The notes under the pieces are model-generated. The model was not told the origin of the DNA. It searched no databases and saw nothing but the letters and a program-made list of their open reading frames with translations. From Chrysomallon squamiferum (Eukaryota; Animalia; Mollusca), in the NCBI GenBank assembly GCA_012295275.1, contig CM022671.1, positions 27,838,001 through 27,902,000 of the forward strand: 64,000 bases of DNA, written 5' to 3'. Both the position numbers and the translations under genes were made by a program. Position 1 is the stretch's first letter; each line of letters opens with the position of its first letter. This document shows, one piece after another, positions 60,700 through 64,000 of the stretch.

Positions 60700-63600
60700 A
60701 TACTTTTAATAGCTTTCTCAAATAACATGTACTAATTCTGGAATATTTTGACAGGTAAGGTCTTGCCAAATAACAGGGATAGCATAAATCATTTATTCCA
60801 ATTACTGTCAGAACTATGATTTATTCTGCATAAACCCAACAAGATTTATCTCCTGATTTTTTTTCAAATATTACCAGAATGTATAGTTAAACATAAAACT
60901 GACAGCTGAAAATTAATGAATTAATATTTAAACAATTCCGTGACACATTTTTATGTTAACAATTATCAGTCATGTAAACAATTCCTTTTGCTTGTCATAC
61001 TCATAAACAAAGAATCTTTGTATGATGTGTGTGCGTCTTTACACACACGCACACCAACATATACACACACACACATAAATCACAAAAATAGTAAAAATAT
61101 ACAAAACAAAAACAATTACAACTGGTAACAAAATCTCTCCATCTGATTTTTCAAAATAAATTTCTTGTGGTCATCTCAACTAGACATTTTAATAATAATG
61201 AAAAATTAATTTGACTTTCAGAGCTGTGCTTCAGTCTGAGAAATTACAACCAAAAAAATGGTTTAGCACATCAGGGCTCAAAGCTCAAGAGTATTTCTCT
61301 TGCATGTTTTGGACATGCTTACAAACTACTAATTTAAAATATTGATTTTAATCCTTATGTTGTTATTTTATATAATACAGTTTTTATCTCAAACCACTGG
61401 AGGTTCACATTTCTGACAAATAAGTCATGCTTTTTTTTTTACAGAATGTATAAAATATTCATACAAATATAAAACAAATTTCAGCATATCATAGTAAAAC
61501 TTGCTACTATATTCAAATAAACAAATTTTATAAATAGATGATCGAGTTTTAAAATAATAATATAAAAATATGATCTTGTAAAAGTAAAATATTTTTTGAG
61601 TGTAATGAAATTCTGATGATTTGTTCAGAGTAAACATCATATATCCATTTCAATAAATAATCACTGTTCTGACTTTTAGTACATACGTAACCAGTGTAAC
61701 ATTACATTAAACTTTGTTAATCTTGGTGTATTATAGGATTACAGTTGCAACGATTGGAAATTTACAAGGTGTGTTCCAAAGTTTTTAATGTAGTGTTCAT
61801 TTTGGTGCTTTTAAAACAAAGAAAATTGCATCTTATTCTAATTTATCTTCTCCAGCTAAACTTAAAGTGTGCTGTCTAGGCTTTTCCTTAGTTCATAATG
61901 TATCAGACAATAGGATAGACATATACGATAGTGAATACAACACAGTGAAGGTTTTGAAATTATAATTTGTGATTTATCTTAAATATCTCTCTTAATTTCA
62001 TTTTACTCTTTTGTATATATATGCTCTTTCTCTATACTACAATTAAGAAACTAATGCTAGCTTTATGCTTACAAACAGAAATCACTAAGCACATATTAAA
62101 TGGTGTTAGAACCTGGGATAATAATTCTGAGCACATGTGACTTACATTTATATTACATTTCACGATGCATTACAAATTAAAATGTTTTTCTTTTATTTAT
62201 TTGTTTATTTATCATTATTATTATTTCTTCAAAAACCCATTTCATTCTAACAGCAATATTTTTAACTGGTTAAATGTTCAGAATATGTTTGTTATTAACT
62301 GACATTGCTTTCAAAAAAAAAAAATTAATAATAATAATAATAATAATAATAATTATAATAATAATTGCATCTAATTAGGAAGGTGCTTCTGTTTACATGT
62401 GACTTTTACAAGTCCATTTAATGGCTAAGTAACTGAAATCATACTTAACAACAACTCGATTAAATTCATTATTTAGAATTAATTTACAGTTATATATATT
62501 TTTTTTTATATCATAAATATCCAGAACCTAATAAATATTGCAGTTAAAAATATAATTGGCATTTATGTTTATTTCTAGCAGTAACTGTGATGAAGTAGAA
62601 TTAAAAATAATGAATCTTGAAAATGCAACAAATTTATCTAATATTTGAAAGGCCAATAGCTGCTTTATGCAAAAACTTCCCAACTACTGCTAACCATGTT
62701 CTGAATTAAAAGATTAAATATTTGAAATCCTTCCTACAGAGGAAAAAATAACGACTACCTTGAAAATAATGACAAAACAATTTTTATATATTATATGTGT
62801 ACAACATTCACTATGTGGAAGCATTTTCTTAATTTGTATTTCAGTCAGTCGTTAATAGTCGTTAATACGACATTATGTGCAGCCATCTAATATCAACTTT
62901 TAAAACCTTTATTTGCATTGTTTAAACAGCCAAGTCATTTTTCCATTTGATGTTGCACAGCAGACCTAGAGGCATGTTTACAGTCCAAATAGTACTGATC
63001 AAGAAATTTGTAGAAATTTACAGTTAACAAAGAAAATAACAAATTATAAATCAATTAAAAAGCATCACTAATCTGCTAACATCCAAAATCCAGCATAATA
63101 TTATTTCAAAATTTCTGAGTTACTGCACAAACTTGTCATTAATCTTTACTATATAAATGCTGCTAGTGTCACTTGCAAAGATAGGCAAACCATTCCCTTC
63201 TTTCCATTTATTGTTATAATCTGCTACATCCAAACCATGGCTTCATTAAATAAAGCAATTGCTCCTGCTTCTGTAAAATGCAAAACCCATATACTGTCCA
63301 CAAAAGATAAGACTGAATTTGTTTTAAAAAAAAAAGCAGGCTGCAGATGTGAATTGTTGAATTAAATGTACTTGAACATGACCACTCTATTATTTGACAA
63401 AATCTTTTAATTCAAAATCGTGCATGTCCCGGTCCTGGGTTAGTGATGGTCAACTATGCTATGAATGTATTATTTACAAACTAACTTGAAGAAACAAATA
63501 AAACAAAAACCAATCAAATAATTTCAAATTAAAGCAGTTAAGTTGCTACTTCAAGGTTATAATTATGCTTAAAAACTGTTAGACCAGTGTGAACAACCTT

Positions 63601-64000
63601 TTAAATGTCTAAAGCAGTAAATAGCAACATTCATTCAGCATAACTGTCCTACTGTGAAATAAAATTGGCTGCATAGCACTTATAAACAATGACTACAATT
63701 AACTTGCAAATTAACAACACACTGGTCCAGTCTGAAGAATAAAATCACCCAGTAATGGCAATAATTAGGTAGCATAAAATACTTGTGAAAGCATAAGCCT
63801 CTTAAACAGTTTAGTATGACACAATATTATGCAAATATTTTGCATAACAGATGAAAGCACTTTCCACCTTTCAAAAACAACCACTGAAATAGAATTGTAT
63901 CCACAATGCATAGCCCAATTACAGCTTAGCTACCAGAAATGAAAAAGAAAAAAGTTTTAAATATTTAACTATGGTAAAGTTGAAATATGTTTTTGAACTC

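Overview
AT-rich, intron-dense animal genomic DNA, most likely lophotrochozoan/molluscan (inferred from protein style, not proven). Four spliced protein-coding genes were reconstructed by hand. (1) CCDC157 on the - strand: 10 coding exons, 799 aa, ending in an unexpected NEMO/optineurin-spaced CCHC zinc finger. (2) A PLP-dependent serine racemase on the + strand, head-to-head with CCDC157: 9 exons, 331 aa. (3) A gene invisible in the ORF track, + strand ~13.25-33.8 kb: four short coding exons give a 111-aa protein that is essentially just a MED15-type KIX domain plus an acidic tail, i.e. a candidate stand-alone KIX microprotein. (4) The 3' part of SERCA (ATP2A) on the - strand; its 5' exons lie beyond 64 kb. 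SERCA shows unusually rich RNA processing: a U12-type AT-AC intron, a GC-AG intron, tandem 134-nt mutually exclusive exons separated by an intron predicted to fold into a long stem, at least three alternative C-termini, and an intronic 26-bp hairpin. A hAT MITE with an 8-bp TSD, a ~106-bp tandem repeat and microsatellites are also present. All homology calls come from motif recognition, not database searches.
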